NCBI GenBank assembly: GCA_965216725.1
Contig: CBDCGI010000005.1
Coordinates: 82,016 to 146,015, forward strand
Reading direction: 5' to 3'
DNA: 64,000 bases
Source of the DNA: Acidimicrobiia bacterium
GTDB lineage: Bacteria; Actinomycetota; Acidimicrobiia; Spongiisociales; ZC4RG35
Position 1 is the first letter of the stretch; each line of letters begins with the position of its first letter. Positions 21,251 through 30,493 of this stretch are shown one piece after another. Under the pieces are notes generated by a model. The model saw nothing but the letters and a program-made list of their open reading frames with translations, searched no databases and was not told where the DNA came from. Both the position numbers and the translations under genes were made by a program.

Positions 21251-22008
21251 CTCGCCACCACCGGGTTCACGAGGCTTCCGATGCCATCGATCTCGACCTC
21301 GACCACATCCCCGTGCGAGATGGGCCCTACACCGGATGGGGTTCCGGTGAGGATCACATCGCCGGGAAGCAAGGTCATCACCGCCGAGACGTACTCCACG
21401 ATCTCAGCAACTCCGAAGATCATGTCCGCCGTGAATCCGGCCTGGCGGACCTCGCCGTTCACCTTGCAGATCACGGCCAGGCGTTCCAGCGGGTCGAGCT
21501 CCGTCTCGATCGCAGGCCCCAGAGGGCAGAAAGTGTCGAAACCCTTGGCTCGAGTCCATTGACCGTCCCGACGCTGCAGATCGCGTGCCGTGACGTCGTT
21601 GGCGGCCGTGTAGCCGAATACGAATTGTGAGGCGTCCTCGGCGCGAATGTTGCGGGCCACCTTGGAAATGACCACGGCGAGCTCCGCCTCGTGGTGCACC
21701 TCATCGGAAATCGGAGGCAGCACCACCCTGGCATTCTGACCGACAACAGTCGTCGCCGGCTTCATGAAGATGATCGGCTCATCCGGAACGTCGTCATCCA
21801 TCTCGTTGGCGTGATCCTCATAGTTCTTGCCGACACAGATCACCTTGGTTGGCAACACCGGAGAGAGCAGCTGGACCCGGTCCCAGGGCACGACGGTCTC
21901 CGTTGGCTCCCATGCCACAAAAGGTGAGCCCTGGTAGACGAGAACACCTTCGGTGTCGGCAACGCCGTAGGCGATGTCATCGCCGGCCTTGATTCGCGCG
22001 ATCTTCAT
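21247..22008 (-). CDS. Fumarylacetoacetate hydrolase (FAH) family protein
   Basis: MKIARIKAGD...VICVGKNYEDHANEM...HEAELAVVI...GTPSGVG is the FAH fold. The real start is at ~22008. The Arg-rich N-terminal extension of the 393-aa ORF is spurious. Confidence 0.8.
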   Translation of the reverse strand: MKIARIKAGDDIAYGVADTEGVLVYQGSPFVAWEPTETVVPWDRVQLLSPVLPTKVICVGKNYEDHANEMDDDVPDEPIIFMKPATTVVGQNARVVLPPISDEVHHEAELAVVISKVARNIRAEDASQFVFGYTAANDVTARDLQRRDGQWTRAKGFDTFCPLGPAIETELDPLERLAVICKVNGEVRQAGFTADMIFGVAEIVEYVSAVMTLLPGDVILTGTPSGVGPISHGDVVEVEIDGIGSLVNPVVAR

Positions 22009-22016
22009 CTGAACAG

Positions 22017-22505
22017 CTACCGGTGCCCCGCGTCGCGGTTCAGGGCGTATCTGATCTGCTCTGGTTTCTTGACGATCAGGTTGGCGTCGACATCCGCGAC
22101 AGCCGCGGCACCAGGCCGCTGCTCGTGTGGAACCGCGGCCATCCATCGGTTGCGGCGCTCGAGAACCGACTCCGGTGCGTCGAAGCCGAACCCGCAAAGC
22201 ACGAGGGCTGCCTCGATGTCCTCCGGCACGGGAGCCCGGCCCAACCGGGCTGCACGGGCCATCATCAAACCCTCGACCACTCCACGGAGACGCGGATCGT
22301 CGTCCGGCAGATCTGTCCTCGCCAGAAGCCTCAGTCCCCAGCCTGCATCCGGGCCCGCATGCCCGAAGCCTCCGCCAGCCGGCACCTGGTCGGGAGAGCT
22401 GATTACGCCGGGTCTGTCTGGCCGCCACGATTTGGCTGGAGGCGGTTCCAGAGACCGGCGCGGCTTATCCACCTCTCTGATCTCGATATTGGGCTGTTGG
22501 CCCAT
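22017..22505 (-). CDS. Hypothetical protein
   Basis: The 162-aa ORF lies between FAH and ilvE in the same orientation. No motif was recognised. Confidence 0.35.
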   Translation of the reverse strand: MGQQPNIEIREVDKPRRSLEPPPAKSWRPDRPGVISSPDQVPAGGGFGHAGPDAGWGLRLLARTDLPDDDPRLRGVVEGLMMARAARLGRAPVPEDIEAALVLCGFGFDAPESVLERRNRWMAAVPHEQRPGAAAVADVDANLIVKKPEQIRYALNRDAGHR

Positions 22506-23419
22506 CAGACGACGGTCAACCAGTGTCGGTATTCGGGGTCCTTGCCGGCCACAACCGAGCTGAACCGGTCCTGGGCAAGACGGGTGACCGGGCCCGGCAT
22601 CCCGTTCCCCACCGGCCTGTCGTCAATCTCCCGAACCGGCGTCACTTCGGCCGCGGTGCCGGTGAGGAACACCTCCTCGGCGGTATAGAGGCTGCCGCGG
22701 GCAATCTCGACCTCTCTGACCTCCGTGCCCTCGGCCCGGAGAAGCTCGATCACCGAGTTCCTGGTGATGCCCTCGAGAATCCCCGATGACACGGGTGGCG
22801 TGTGGACCACGCCCGTACTGACGGTGAAGATGTTCATGCCGGAGCCTTCGGAGACCGAGCCCGACTCGTTGAGCATTAGCGCTTCCTCGTAGCCGGCTCT
22901 CAGCGCCTCCTGTTTGGCCAGTATCGAATTGAGATATTGGCCGGAGCCTTTGGCGGTGGGAATGAAACTGGCGTGGGATATCCGGCGCCAGCTCGACACC
23001 ATGGCTCGGATACCGTTCTTGATGCCGTCCTCGCCCAGATAGCTCCCGAACGGGAAGGCGGCCATGAACGTGTGAACCTCGGCACCGGCGGGGTTGAGCC
23101 CGACTGCACCGAGACCGTAGAACACCAGAGGCCTGATGTACGCCGAGTCCAGCTCGTTGAGCCTGAGCAGTTCGACGCAGACTTCGCCAAGCTCGTCCGC
23201 CGAGTACTTCATGGGGACGCCGTAGGCCCGGGCCGAGATAACCAGCCGCTCCATGTGCTCCGACAGCCGGAATACCGCCGTGCCTTCGGGAGTCTCATAA
23301 GCACGGATCCCTTCGAACACTCCCGAGCCGTAGTGAAGAGCGTTCGACATGAAGTGCACGGTGGCATCCTCCCAATCGACGAACTCTCCGTCGGCCCAGA
23401 TCTTGGCGGCTGGATTCAT
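22505..23419 (-). CDS. ilvE: Branched-chain amino acid aminotransferase (class IV)
   Basis: ADGEFVDWEDATVHFMSNALHYGSGVFEGIRAY...EVFLTGTAAEVTPV are the class IV aminotransferase blocks. Confidence 0.8.
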   Translation of the reverse strand: MNPAAKIWADGEFVDWEDATVHFMSNALHYGSGVFEGIRAYETPEGTAVFRLSEHMERLVISARAYGVPMKYSADELGEVCVELLRLNELDSAYIRPLVFYGLGAVGLNPAGAEVHTFMAAFPFGSYLGEDGIKNGIRAMVSSWRRISHASFIPTAKGSGQYLNSILAKQEALRAGYEEALMLNESGSVSEGSGMNIFTVSTGVVHTPPVSSGILEGITRNSVIELLRAEGTEVREVEIARGSLYTAEEVFLTGTAAEVTPVREIDDRPVGNGMPGPVTRLAQDRFSSVVAGKDPEYRHWLTVV

Positions 23420-23477
23420 ACCCGCAGGCTATACAGGTCTGAGGATTGGGGAAATCCAGGTTCTAGGCTCCCCCGAC

Positions 23478-23930
23478 ATGCCACGGATTCTCGCCTCCTG
23501 GTTCGGCACCGGTCTGATCGTGCGCCGGATCCGTGGCAACGATGGAGGATCGGGCACCGTCGCCTCAGTCTTCACGTTCCCAGTCTCGGTCGCCGTCGGT
23601 CTGGCATGGGGTTGGCCCGCTCAAGTCCTCCTTTTTGGTGCTGTTGTCGCTGCAGGATTCTGGGCCCTGAACCAACTCGAGAGTGAGGGAGATGCCGGAT
23701 GGATCGTGGTCGACGAGGCGGCAGGGATGGTTCTGGCGACGATCGGGCTGGCTTGGGGGGCCGCGGTCGTCGCGTTCGTCGTTTTCAGGCTCGCTGACAT
23801 CGCCAAACGGGTATTCCCAGGCGTACGCCAGGCCGAGGAGTTGTCAGGTGCGACCGGGATCATTGCGGACGATTTGGTCGCCGGGCTCTACGGGCTGGTC
23901 GCGGGGCTGGTGTTCTCCGCACTGATGTGA
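23478..23930 (+). CDS. pgpA: Phosphatidylglycerophosphatase A
   Basis: SWFGTG, VVDEAAGM, FRLADIAKRVFP and GIIADDLVAGLYG are PgpA motifs. The start is at the ATG ~23478. Confidence 0.7.
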   Translation: MPRILASWFGTGLIVRRIRGNDGGSGTVASVFTFPVSVAVGLAWGWPAQVLLFGAVVAAGFWALNQLESEGDAGWIVVDEAAGMVLATIGLAWGAAVVAFVVFRLADIAKRVFPGVRQAEELSGATGIIADDLVAGLYGLVAGLVFSALM

Positions 23931-23958
23931 TCCCGTCTACATTCCGGAACGGAGGTGA

Positions 23959-24402
23959 TTGATGGGTTGGAATCCCAAAACGATCGTGGTCGGCGTCGAC
24001 GGCTCGGACGTGAGCAAAGACGCGGCGAGCAAGGCGGCCGACATGGCGCGGCATTGGAGCGCCCAATTGGTCATTCTCACCGTGGTCCGCCCGCCTGAGG
24101 GATGGTGGGGCATCGGCGGCCAGCCGCCCACGCCGGAAGCCCTGGCAGAGGCGATTGCCAAGGGTCAGGAAGACGTTCTGGCTGAGCTGGAGGACTCACT
24201 CGACCTCGATGGGATCGCCTACGAGCTCGTGGGTGAGCTTGGCGACCCGACCAATCAGTTGCTGGCCGCGTGCGACGGCCGCGATGCCGATCTGCTGGTC
24301 ATCGGCCGCCGGGGTGCCGGGCTGGCCGAAAGGGTCCTATTGGGATCGGTTGCCGATCGGCTGACACATCACAGCAAGATTCCCGTTCTGGTCATCCCTT
24401 GA
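23959..24402 (+). CDS. Universal stress protein (UspA family)
   Basis: IVVGVDGSDVSKDAASKAADMA...LLVIGRRGAGLAERVLLGSVADRLTHHSKIPVLVI is the USP fold with an ATP-binding G-x2-G-x9-G(S/T). Confidence 0.75.
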   Translation: MMGWNPKTIVVGVDGSDVSKDAASKAADMARHWSAQLVILTVVRPPEGWWGIGGQPPTPEALAEAIAKGQEDVLAELEDSLDLDGIAYELVGELGDPTNQLLAACDGRDADLLVIGRRGAGLAERVLLGSVADRLTHHSKIPVLVIP

Positions 24403-24676
24403 CCTGGACGCCCCTCCAGAAGGCGACGTAGTCCTTGATCTCTGACGCTGCCGGTGAGGGATTGGGGTAGAACCAGGCAGCTCCCCTGTTGACCTGGCCT
24501 TCGACCTCGACGTCGTAATAACTGGCCACGCCCTTCCATGGGCACATCGTGTGAGCCTCCGAGGAGCGGAACAACTCGTCGTTGACCGACTCCGGAGGGA
24601 AGTAGTGATTCCCCTCGACAACGATGGTCTCATCGCTCTCGGCGAGGACCGCTCCGTTCCAGATCGCCTTGGGCAT
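24392..24676 (-). CDS. DUF427 domain protein
   Basis: VVEGNHYFPPESV...HTMCPWKGVASYYDVEV...AAWFYPNP is a typical DUF427 signature. The start at ~24676 has an AGGAGA RBS. The long N-terminal extension of the 289-aa ORF is spurious. Confidence 0.5.
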   Translation of the reverse strand: MPKAIWNGAVLAESDETIVVEGNHYFPPESVNDELFRSSEAHTMCPWKGVASYYDVEVEGQVNRGAAWFYPNPSPAASEIKDYVAFWRGVQVKG

Positions 24677-24748
24677 CCTTCTCCTTGGTGACGGCTCGCG
24701 GCGTGCAACCAAACCCGACATTGCCGTATTCCGCAATACGATCGCGAG

Positions 24749-25339
24749 ATGCCAGCGATCGCGGTGATCCCGGTGAAGTCCTTCGACCAGGGTAAAGCCC
24801 GGCTGGGCTCGCTCCTGGACGACGAGTCGAGGAAAGCTCTGGGACGCGAACTCGCCAACCGAACAGTGCAGGCAGCTGAGGAAGCAGGCATGATCCCGCT
24901 TGTCGTGGCCGGGGACGAAATCGTCGAGGCATGGTCGCTCATCTTGGGGATTCCCGCCATCACCGACCCCGGCACCGGGCTGTCGGCGGCCGCGGCCGCC
25001 GGGACGAAGTGGGCACTCGAAGGAGGGGTGTCCTGGGTGGTGGTGCATGCCGACCTTCCGCTGCTCAGACCCGCCGAGCTGAGCCCGATCGTAGAAGCGG
25101 TGGAAGCGGGCGGAGAGGTGATCGCACCGTCTTCGGACGGCGGGACCAGCCTGATGGGCGCGACTCGACAGGTGTCGTTCAGCTACGGTCCCGGGAGCTT
25201 CGCCCGGCACCTGCCAAGGCTGCGCCAGCCCACGATCTTCGCCAGTTTGGGTCTCCTCCACGATCTCGACACGCCCGAGGATCTCACGTCCGCGTCATCT
25301 CACGGCCGTGGACGGTGGCTACGAGAAACCGCCTTGTAG
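24749..25339 (+). CDS. cofC: 2-Phospho-L-lactate guanylyltransferase (CofC/FbiD, MobA-like NTP transferase)
   Basis: IPVKSFDQGKARLGSLL..ESRKAL, ADLPLL and SSDGGTSLMG are present. The ORF is about 196 aa. Confidence 0.55.
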   Translation: MPAIAVIPVKSFDQGKARLGSLLDDESRKALGRELANRTVQAAEEAGMIPLVVAGDEIVEAWSLILGIPAITDPGTGLSAAAAAGTKWALEGGVSWVVVHADLPLLRPAELSPIVEAVEAGGEVIAPSSDGGTSLMGATRQVSFSYGPGSFARHLPRLRQPTIFASLGLLHDLDTPEDLTSASSHGRGRWLRETAL

Positions 25340-25405
25340 GCACCCTTTCGCCCCATCAATGTGCCATCCGACTTAGAGTGGAATGGTCAACCAGAACGGG
25401 GAAAG

Positions 25406-26110
25406 GTGAGCAAGACAGTTGTGATTCCGGGCGGAACGGGCGGTCTCGGGACCGCCCTCGTGAGACGACTCGTCCGCACCGACTACCGCTTGGCGGTTAC
25501 CTACTTACTGCCCGAGGAGGCCGAACGCTTCGAGGAGGAGTTCGACGTCGACGAAGAGCGAATCCTCCTCACCCGCGTCGACGCCACCAACGCCGAAGCG
25601 ATGTCGGCCTACCTGAAAGACGTCGCCGACCGTTGGGACGGCGTGCATGCCATATGCGCTCTGGTCGGTGGTTGGGCAGGAGGCCGAGACGTGGAGGAGA
25701 CCGACGACCTGAGGTTCGAGAGGATGCTCGACCTCAATCTGCGTTCTGCATTCAATTCTGTACGAGCCGCCTTGCCTCATTTGAAGGAGGCAGGATGGGG
25801 CCGGATCGTCCTGGTCGGTTCCCGTGCCGCTGTCGATTTCCCCGCCGGTCAGGCCGCGTTCAACATCGCCAAGGCCGGTGTCATTGCACTCGGGAAGTCG
25901 GTAGCGGCGGAGCTGGACGGCACGGATGTCACCGCCAACGTGCTCATGCCCTCGGTGATCGACACACCGGCAACCAGGGAGTCCCTGCCATTCGCCGACT
26001 ATGTCAATTGGCCGACACCCGACGAGATTGCCGCCGTAGCCGAGTTCCTCTTGACCGAGGAGGCCGGGGTCATCAACGGCGCCATGGTCCCCGTCTACGG
26101 CAGGTCCTGA
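25406..26110 (+). CDS. SDR family oxidoreductase
   Basis: A TGGTGGLG Rossmann motif and a short-chain dehydrogenase layout are present. The start is probably the GTG at ~25406. Confidence 0.65.
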   Translation: MSKTVVIPGGTGGLGTALVRRLVRTDYRLAVTYLLPEEAERFEEEFDVDEERILLTRVDATNAEAMSAYLKDVADRWDGVHAICALVGGWAGGRDVEETDDLRFERMLDLNLRSAFNSVRAALPHLKEAGWGRIVLVGSRAAVDFPAGQAAFNIAKAGVIALGKSVAAELDGTDVTANVLMPSVIDTPATRESLPFADYVNWPTPDEIAAVAEFLLTEEAGVINGAMVPVYGRS

Positions 26111-26132
26111 CCCCAAACCCCTTTCTTTTCTT

Positions 26133-26163
26133 CCGTTCTGTGCAGCTAAGACGCACAGAACGG
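26133..26163. terminator. 11-bp-stem hairpin (ccgttctgtgc...gcacagaacgg) between the convergent SDR and DUF2332 genes; bidirectional terminator candidate
   Basis: The stem is a perfect inverted repeat flanked by a T-rich stretch on the + strand. Its arms match the outer arms of the 9102-9152 repeat. Confidence 0.5.
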
Positions 26164-26175
26164 GCCGTGGTGACC

Positions 26176-27171
26176 TCAGCGGAAGAATTCCACCCACTCT
26201 CCGTGAGGATGAGCCTGGCCCACCTCTTCCCATCCCGATCCGTCATCGATTGCGACCCGGGCCCAGTCGTCGGTTTTGACCAGCACTTCCATCGAGACTC
26301 GGTACACGGGCCGTCTCGACCGAGCCTCGTGGACCATCTCGTCGAGCTTCTCCCTCTCCTCAGGGGTGAACTGGATCAACACGAACGAGTTGAGAATGAC
26401 GGCCGGTTCTCCTGCGGGCAGGCCGTCGAGAACCGGGGGCAACGTTGCCAGAGCGTCACCGGCGAGCGTGGTGTGCTCCACGGCTGCCAGGACGTCGAGC
26501 GCGGCAGTGAGTCGGTGCCGTCTCTCCGACAACTCGGGCCAGATCAGCGCGTCCAGCCATCTCCGTTCCTCCGGAGATGTGATGTCCACTGGATGAAGAT
26601 CGAGCCCCGTGCGGGACAGGACGTTGATGTCCCTCGGCTTCGGCGCCTCACCTCTCGACTCGGCGTCGATGGTCAACGAACCGTCGCCCCAGGTCAGGGA
26701 ATTCCAGCGATACGCATATCGGTCCAGGGCGAGGTTGAGACCGGCACTGGTGCCGAGGTCGATGAGGTGGAACCGGTCGAACGTTGACAGCCAGATCCCC
26801 GGAAGGAGGACGGCGCAACGACGACATTCGTTGGTCTGGGTGAGCCGGGTTCGCCCGATCTCGACCAGCGTCTCCTCGTTGGCAAGCACAAACTCGGAGA
26901 ACGGCTGCCCCACTCCATCAGGCGACAGTGGCTCATCTACCAACGAGGCGTAGTAACACGCCAGATCGGGGTCCGCACCCTGAGCCAGGAGGAAGTGGAC
27001 ACCGGCAAATAGGAGGTTGGGGCGTGGTTGGTTCTCCATCCGATTCAGGACCCGCATCAGATCCTGGCTGGCTGCCACGACCTCGACCAGACGTCTATAC
27101 AGCGGCGACCCGTGTGCGTGTTTTCCCCAAGCCAGCACGTATTCCGGTGTGACAGGAGGGTGTTTGCTCAC
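26176..27171 (-). CDS. DUF2332 family protein
   Basis: The 331-aa ORF has LIDLGTSAGLNLALDRY and VLNSFVLIQF blocks recalled from DUF2332. No search was run. Confidence 0.4.
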   Translation of the reverse strand: MSKHPPVTPEYVLAWGKHAHGSPLYRRLVEVVAASQDLMRVLNRMENQPRPNLLFAGVHFLLAQGADPDLACYYASLVDEPLSPDGVGQPFSEFVLANEETLVEIGRTRLTQTNECRRCAVLLPGIWLSTFDRFHLIDLGTSAGLNLALDRYAYRWNSLTWGDGSLTIDAESRGEAPKPRDINVLSRTGLDLHPVDITSPEERRWLDALIWPELSERRHRLTAALDVLAAVEHTTLAGDALATLPPVLDGLPAGEPAVILNSFVLIQFTPEEREKLDEMVHEARSRRPVYRVSMEVLVKTDDWARVAIDDGSGWEEVGQAHPHGEWVEFFR

Positions 27172-27806
27172 ATCTCAGAGCGCCGGTAGGCAGTGGCGAG
27201 GGCGTCGGCATACTCATTCCAACGATTGCCGGCGTGTGCTTTCACCCACTCGATCTTCACCCGAGGACGGGCCTTGGCCAGCTTGTAGGCCTCCTTCACC
27301 AGCTCCAGGTTCTTGATCGGCCCCGGTGACTTTTTCGTCCAACCCCGCTCTTCCCAGCCCTTGGCCCATTGGTTGAGAATGTTGACGATCAGCTGGGAGT
27401 CAGTGAAGACGGTCACATCCGAATCTGGGGACAGCATTCGGAGCCCGGCGATCATCGCCTTCAGCTCCATGCGGTTGTTGGTGGTGTCCGGGTCCGACGC
27501 ATAGGCCTGGTCGACAACCTCACCGTCGACCACGTATACGGCGCCCCACCCACCCGGACCGGGGTTTCCTTCCGAGGCTCCGTCGGTGAAAACTCCCGTT
27601 GACGGACCGTCCGTATAGCGGTCGAGGACTTCGGCGACCGTCAGATCACGTGACTTGGTGAGGCTGGGTGCCCTGCTCGCTGACTTCGACTCAGCCGACT
27701 CGCCGTTCTTGCAATTCAGGCATTGACGAGGAGTCCAACCCGGATACCGGTCGAGGATCTCTTGGCGTACCTCAAAGTCACGCCCGCAGGTCTGACAGGT
27801 GAACAT
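27168..27806 (-). CDS. rnhA: Ribonuclease HI with an N-terminal Zn-ribbon (CxxC...CxxC) domain
   Basis: The start is MFTCQTCGRD at ~27806 with a GGAGG RBS. The RNase H blocks are FTDGASEGNPGPGGWG, TNNRMELKAMIAGL, VFTDSQ and EWVKAHAGNRWNEYADALA. The 120-aa upstream extension of the ORF is spurious. Confidence 0.8.
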   Translation of the reverse strand: MFTCQTCGRDFEVRQEILDRYPGWTPRQCLNCKNGESAESKSASRAPSLTKSRDLTVAEVLDRYTDGPSTGVFTDGASEGNPGPGGWGAVYVVDGEVVDQAYASDPDTTNNRMELKAMIAGLRMLSPDSDVTVFTDSQLIVNILNQWAKGWEERGWTKKSPGPIKNLELVKEAYKLAKARPRVKIEWVKAHAGNRWNEYADALATAYRRSEM

Positions 27807-27817
27807 CGGAGGCGAGC

Positions 27818-29050
27818 CTAGGACAGGGTCTCTAAGTGAGGCGCCACCGCGTAGTCGAGAAGCAACGGCCCATCTTTGGTCAACGCGACGTGCGTCACTG
27901 AGGCGTTCGGAGGCGTGAACAGCGCCTCTGCGTGGGTTTCCCTCACGGAGGTCAGTGACGACACATACGACCTGATGGCCCCGCCGTGAGCCACCACCAC
28001 CGTCACTCCGGTTTGATCGGGGGTCAGATCGTGCACGGCGCCGCGGAATCTCGCCGTCAACTCGCCCCAAGATTCTCCGGTCTCTCCGCGTTTGAGGTCG
28101 ACCCCGTCTCGATAGATGGTCTCCATGCGTCCCGGCCAGCCGTCCATGATCTGCTCCGAGGTGAGGCCCTCCCAATCACCCATCGATAGCTCTTTCAGGT
28201 CCTCCACTTTCACGACTCCATTGCTGGCCACCTGCTCCGCGGTCTGCGCTGCCCGAAGCAGCGGCGAGGAGTAGACCGTTGGATGACGCCCGTACCACTC
28301 ACTCAGCGCGGCAGCCTGTGCGACTCCCAACTCGTCCAGACCCCAGTCGCCCTGACCCTGCCATCTCCTCTCGACGTTCGCCTGTGTGCGCCCATGCCGG
28401 ACGAGGGCCACGACCGGCTCCCCGGCCTCGAGGTGGCGGCCCACAGTCTTGGAATGCGGCCCGAAATGACCGGTGTCATTGAACGTCGCAAGCCGAGGCC
28501 GACCCCATGTCCAGGTGATGCGGTTCAGGGAAGCGTTCTCCACGAATGCGTGAGGACGGCTGTCTTTGCCGGCAAGATGACGGTGAAGGATGGTGCCCAG
28601 GACGCCACCGTGGGTGACGACAGCGGCACTTCCTTCCTCACCAAGTCTTTCGGCAAGCCCGTCGACGGCGGCGAGAGCACGCTCGCTTACCTGTCGCAGT
28701 GATTCACCGGTCTCTCCGACGGGGACCGTGGGGTCGGACAGCGATCTCCGGAAACGCTTCCCGGCCTCGCCGCGCAACTCTTCGAACTTCATCCCATCGA
28801 GCTGGCCCACATCGATCTCGAGAAAGGCACCGTCCATCTCATATTGCTCGGCGAATGATTCTGCTGTGGCCCGGGCTCGTTGCAGCGGCGAGCTGACGAC
28901 AAGATCGAACCGAAGGTCGGCCAGCCGTTCACCAAGATGCTTCAGACTGGCATCGCCCGCCTCACTAAGGCCGTGATCGGTCCGACCGCTAAACACCCGG
29001 TCGACGTTTGCAGTCGACTCGGCGTGGCGTATGAAAGTGATCTCGGCCAT
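27818..29050 (-). CDS. Histidine phosphatase superfamily protein with two tandem domains (phosphoglycerate mutase / CobC-like)
   Basis: Two RHxxS/T catalytic motifs are present: FIRHAESTAN and LVRHGRTQAN. It lies immediately upstream of rnhA. Confidence 0.75.
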   Translation of the reverse strand: MAEITFIRHAESTANVDRVFSGRTDHGLSEAGDASLKHLGERLADLRFDLVVSSPLQRARATAESFAEQYEMDGAFLEIDVGQLDGMKFEELRGEAGKRFRRSLSDPTVPVGETGESLRQVSERALAAVDGLAERLGEEGSAAVVTHGGVLGTILHRHLAGKDSRPHAFVENASLNRITWTWGRPRLATFNDTGHFGPHSKTVGRHLEAGEPVVALVRHGRTQANVERRWQGQGDWGLDELGVAQAAALSEWYGRHPTVYSSPLLRAAQTAEQVASNGVVKVEDLKELSMGDWEGLTSEQIMDGWPGRMETIYRDGVDLKRGETGESWGELTARFRGAVHDLTPDQTGVTVVVAHGGAIRSYVSSLTSVRETHAEALFTPPNASVTHVALTKDGPLLLDYAVAPHLETLS

Positions 29051-29069
29051 GGGCTCCCATTGGTACTAG

Positions 29070-29906
29070 GTGAAGTGCATTGAGAGAAACCGGAAGAGCG
29101 GCTTTACTGTTCCCGAGGTGAGAGGGACAAGAATTCTCGGGCTGCGAAGTTTTGTGCTGGTCGTGGTCGTGGTGTTGGCGGCTACGGCGTGCGGGGACGA
29201 CGGGATTCCCGATCTGGAAGCGCCTGTCGGAGAGCAGGTGCTGCCTGACCTGGTGCCGGTCCCACCGGAAGACCTAAGGGTCACGTTCAAAGACGATGGA
29301 TCGGCCGAAATCAAGTTCAGCTCGACCGTGGCCAACATCGGTGGGGGAGATTTCGTCCTCCGGGCAAACGAAGTCTTCGACCAGTGGACGGTCGACCAGG
29401 AGATTCATTACTCGGAGTCAGGAGGGATCCTCCAGGACATCGATGCCGAAGTGATTTGGGGTGGCGACGGTCACGAGCACTGGCACATCAGTCGCGTGGC
29501 TACCTACCAACTGTTCGCAATGAACGCCGATGACTCCCTCACGAGGCTCGATCGCTTCGACACCAAGGTCGGTTTCTGCTTCTTCGATCACACTCGCGTC
29601 CAAGATTCTGGACCGGAGTCCTTCGTGTATCACGTTGAGGAATGCGGCACAGAGGGCGATCAAGAGATAAGAATGGGCTTGTCGAGTGGCTGGTCGGACG
29701 TCTACGACTTCGGCCTCCCAGGTCAGAGCATCGATATCACAGGGCTCGAAGACGGCAAGTACCGGGTCGAAGCGACCGCCGATGAGGCGGCTTGGTTCGC
29801 TGAAGCTGACGTCAGCAACAACACCACATGGGTTGACTTTGAGCTGCAAACAATGGACGGTCGACCCTTTGCGACTGTCGTCGCCGTTGGGCCGGATCCG
29901 CGATAG
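29070..29906 (+). CDS. Secreted or lipid-anchored lysyl oxidase-like copper amine oxidase homolog
   Basis: A signal peptide is followed by LAATAC. HEHWH (aligns with HxHYH Cu ligands), K-VGFCFFD (with KASFCLED, LTQ Lys) and GLSSGWSDVY...IDITGLEDGKYRV...ADVSNN (with the GCYDTY...ITDV..G.Y.L...NN LTQ-Tyr region) match the animal LOX catalytic domain. Confidence 0.5.
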   Translation: MKCIERNRKSGFTVPEVRGTRILGLRSFVLVVVVVLAATACGDDGIPDLEAPVGEQVLPDLVPVPPEDLRVTFKDDGSAEIKFSSTVANIGGGDFVLRANEVFDQWTVDQEIHYSESGGILQDIDAEVIWGGDGHEHWHISRVATYQLFAMNADDSLTRLDRFDTKVGFCFFDHTRVQDSGPESFVYHVEECGTEGDQEIRMGLSSGWSDVYDFGLPGQSIDITGLEDGKYRVEATADEAAWFAEADVSNNTTWVDFELQTMDGRPFATVVAVGPDPR

Positions 29907-30001
29907 TTCGCCAACATCTTCTCACCACGGAGAGTGACAGATGTGTATAGTGATTCCGAGCCTGCCGTGGGGGCAGGGAGCAATCGAAGGGTTGGGAATC
30001 T

Positions 30002-30388
30002 ATGAAGAGACGCTGGATCACTGCGCTTATTGCAACAGCCGTTGCCATGACGTTGGCGATTCCGGTCGGTGCTGCGGATCTACACGAAGATCACAAGGGA
30101 ACCGACTGTGAGCACGGCATTGTCCTGCTCCATTTCGTCAACGCTCAAACTGACGGTACGGAATGGGCCGGAACTATCACCGTGATGTTGGACGATTGGG
30201 ACAATGGTGGAACGACGATTGTCCAGACGGCCGACAAGGTGAACAAGAACACTCAGCACTTCTGGGTACCGATGGAGGGTGGCGACATCTCGGATTACGA
30301 AGAGCTGATCAACGCATCCACCGACTTGCCCGGCAAGCTGGTCCTCAGCGACTACGAGTGCGACCCCGGTAAGAAGGGCAAGAAGTAG
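30002..30388 (+). CDS. Small secreted hypothetical protein
   Basis: It has a signal peptide (MKRRWITALIATAVAMTLAIPVGAA). It is 128 aa with two Cys. A strong terminator follows. Confidence 0.5.
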   Translation: MKRRWITALIATAVAMTLAIPVGAADLHEDHKGTDCEHGIVLLHFVNAQTDGTEWAGTITVMLDDWDNGGTTIVQTADKVNKNTQHFWVPMEGGDISDYEELINASTDLPGKLVLSDYECDPGKKGKK

Positions 30389-30410
30389 CCCTCGAGTAAA
30401 CACAGAGCAA

Positions 30411-30442
30411 ACATGAAACCCCCGGCAGTGCCGGGGGTTTCT
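30411..30442 (+). terminator. Rho-independent terminator
   Basis: aaacccccggcagtgccgggggtttctcttt is a GC stem followed by a T tract. Confidence 0.75.
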
Positions 30443-30493
30443 CTTTGGGTCCAAGGTCTTGCCCGACTAGCTCTATATATGTAGAGTTATCTG

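Noticed and set aside
22009-22428. 140-aa Arg-rich N-terminal extension of the FAH-family ORF
   Set aside because: The FAH fold starts at MKIARIKAGD. The extension is low-complexity and overlaps the 22017..22505 ORF.
24931-26787. 618-aa plus-strand ORF (Arg-rich) spanning cofC, SDR and DUF2332 regions
   Set aside because: It overlaps three well-supported genes, has a low-complexity Arg/Gly composition and no motifs. It is a spurious long ORF in high-GC DNA.
27807-28175. N-terminal extension of the RNase H ORF into the histidine phosphatase gene
   Set aside because: It is in an alternate frame of the phosphatase. The real start MFTCQTCG has a good RBS.
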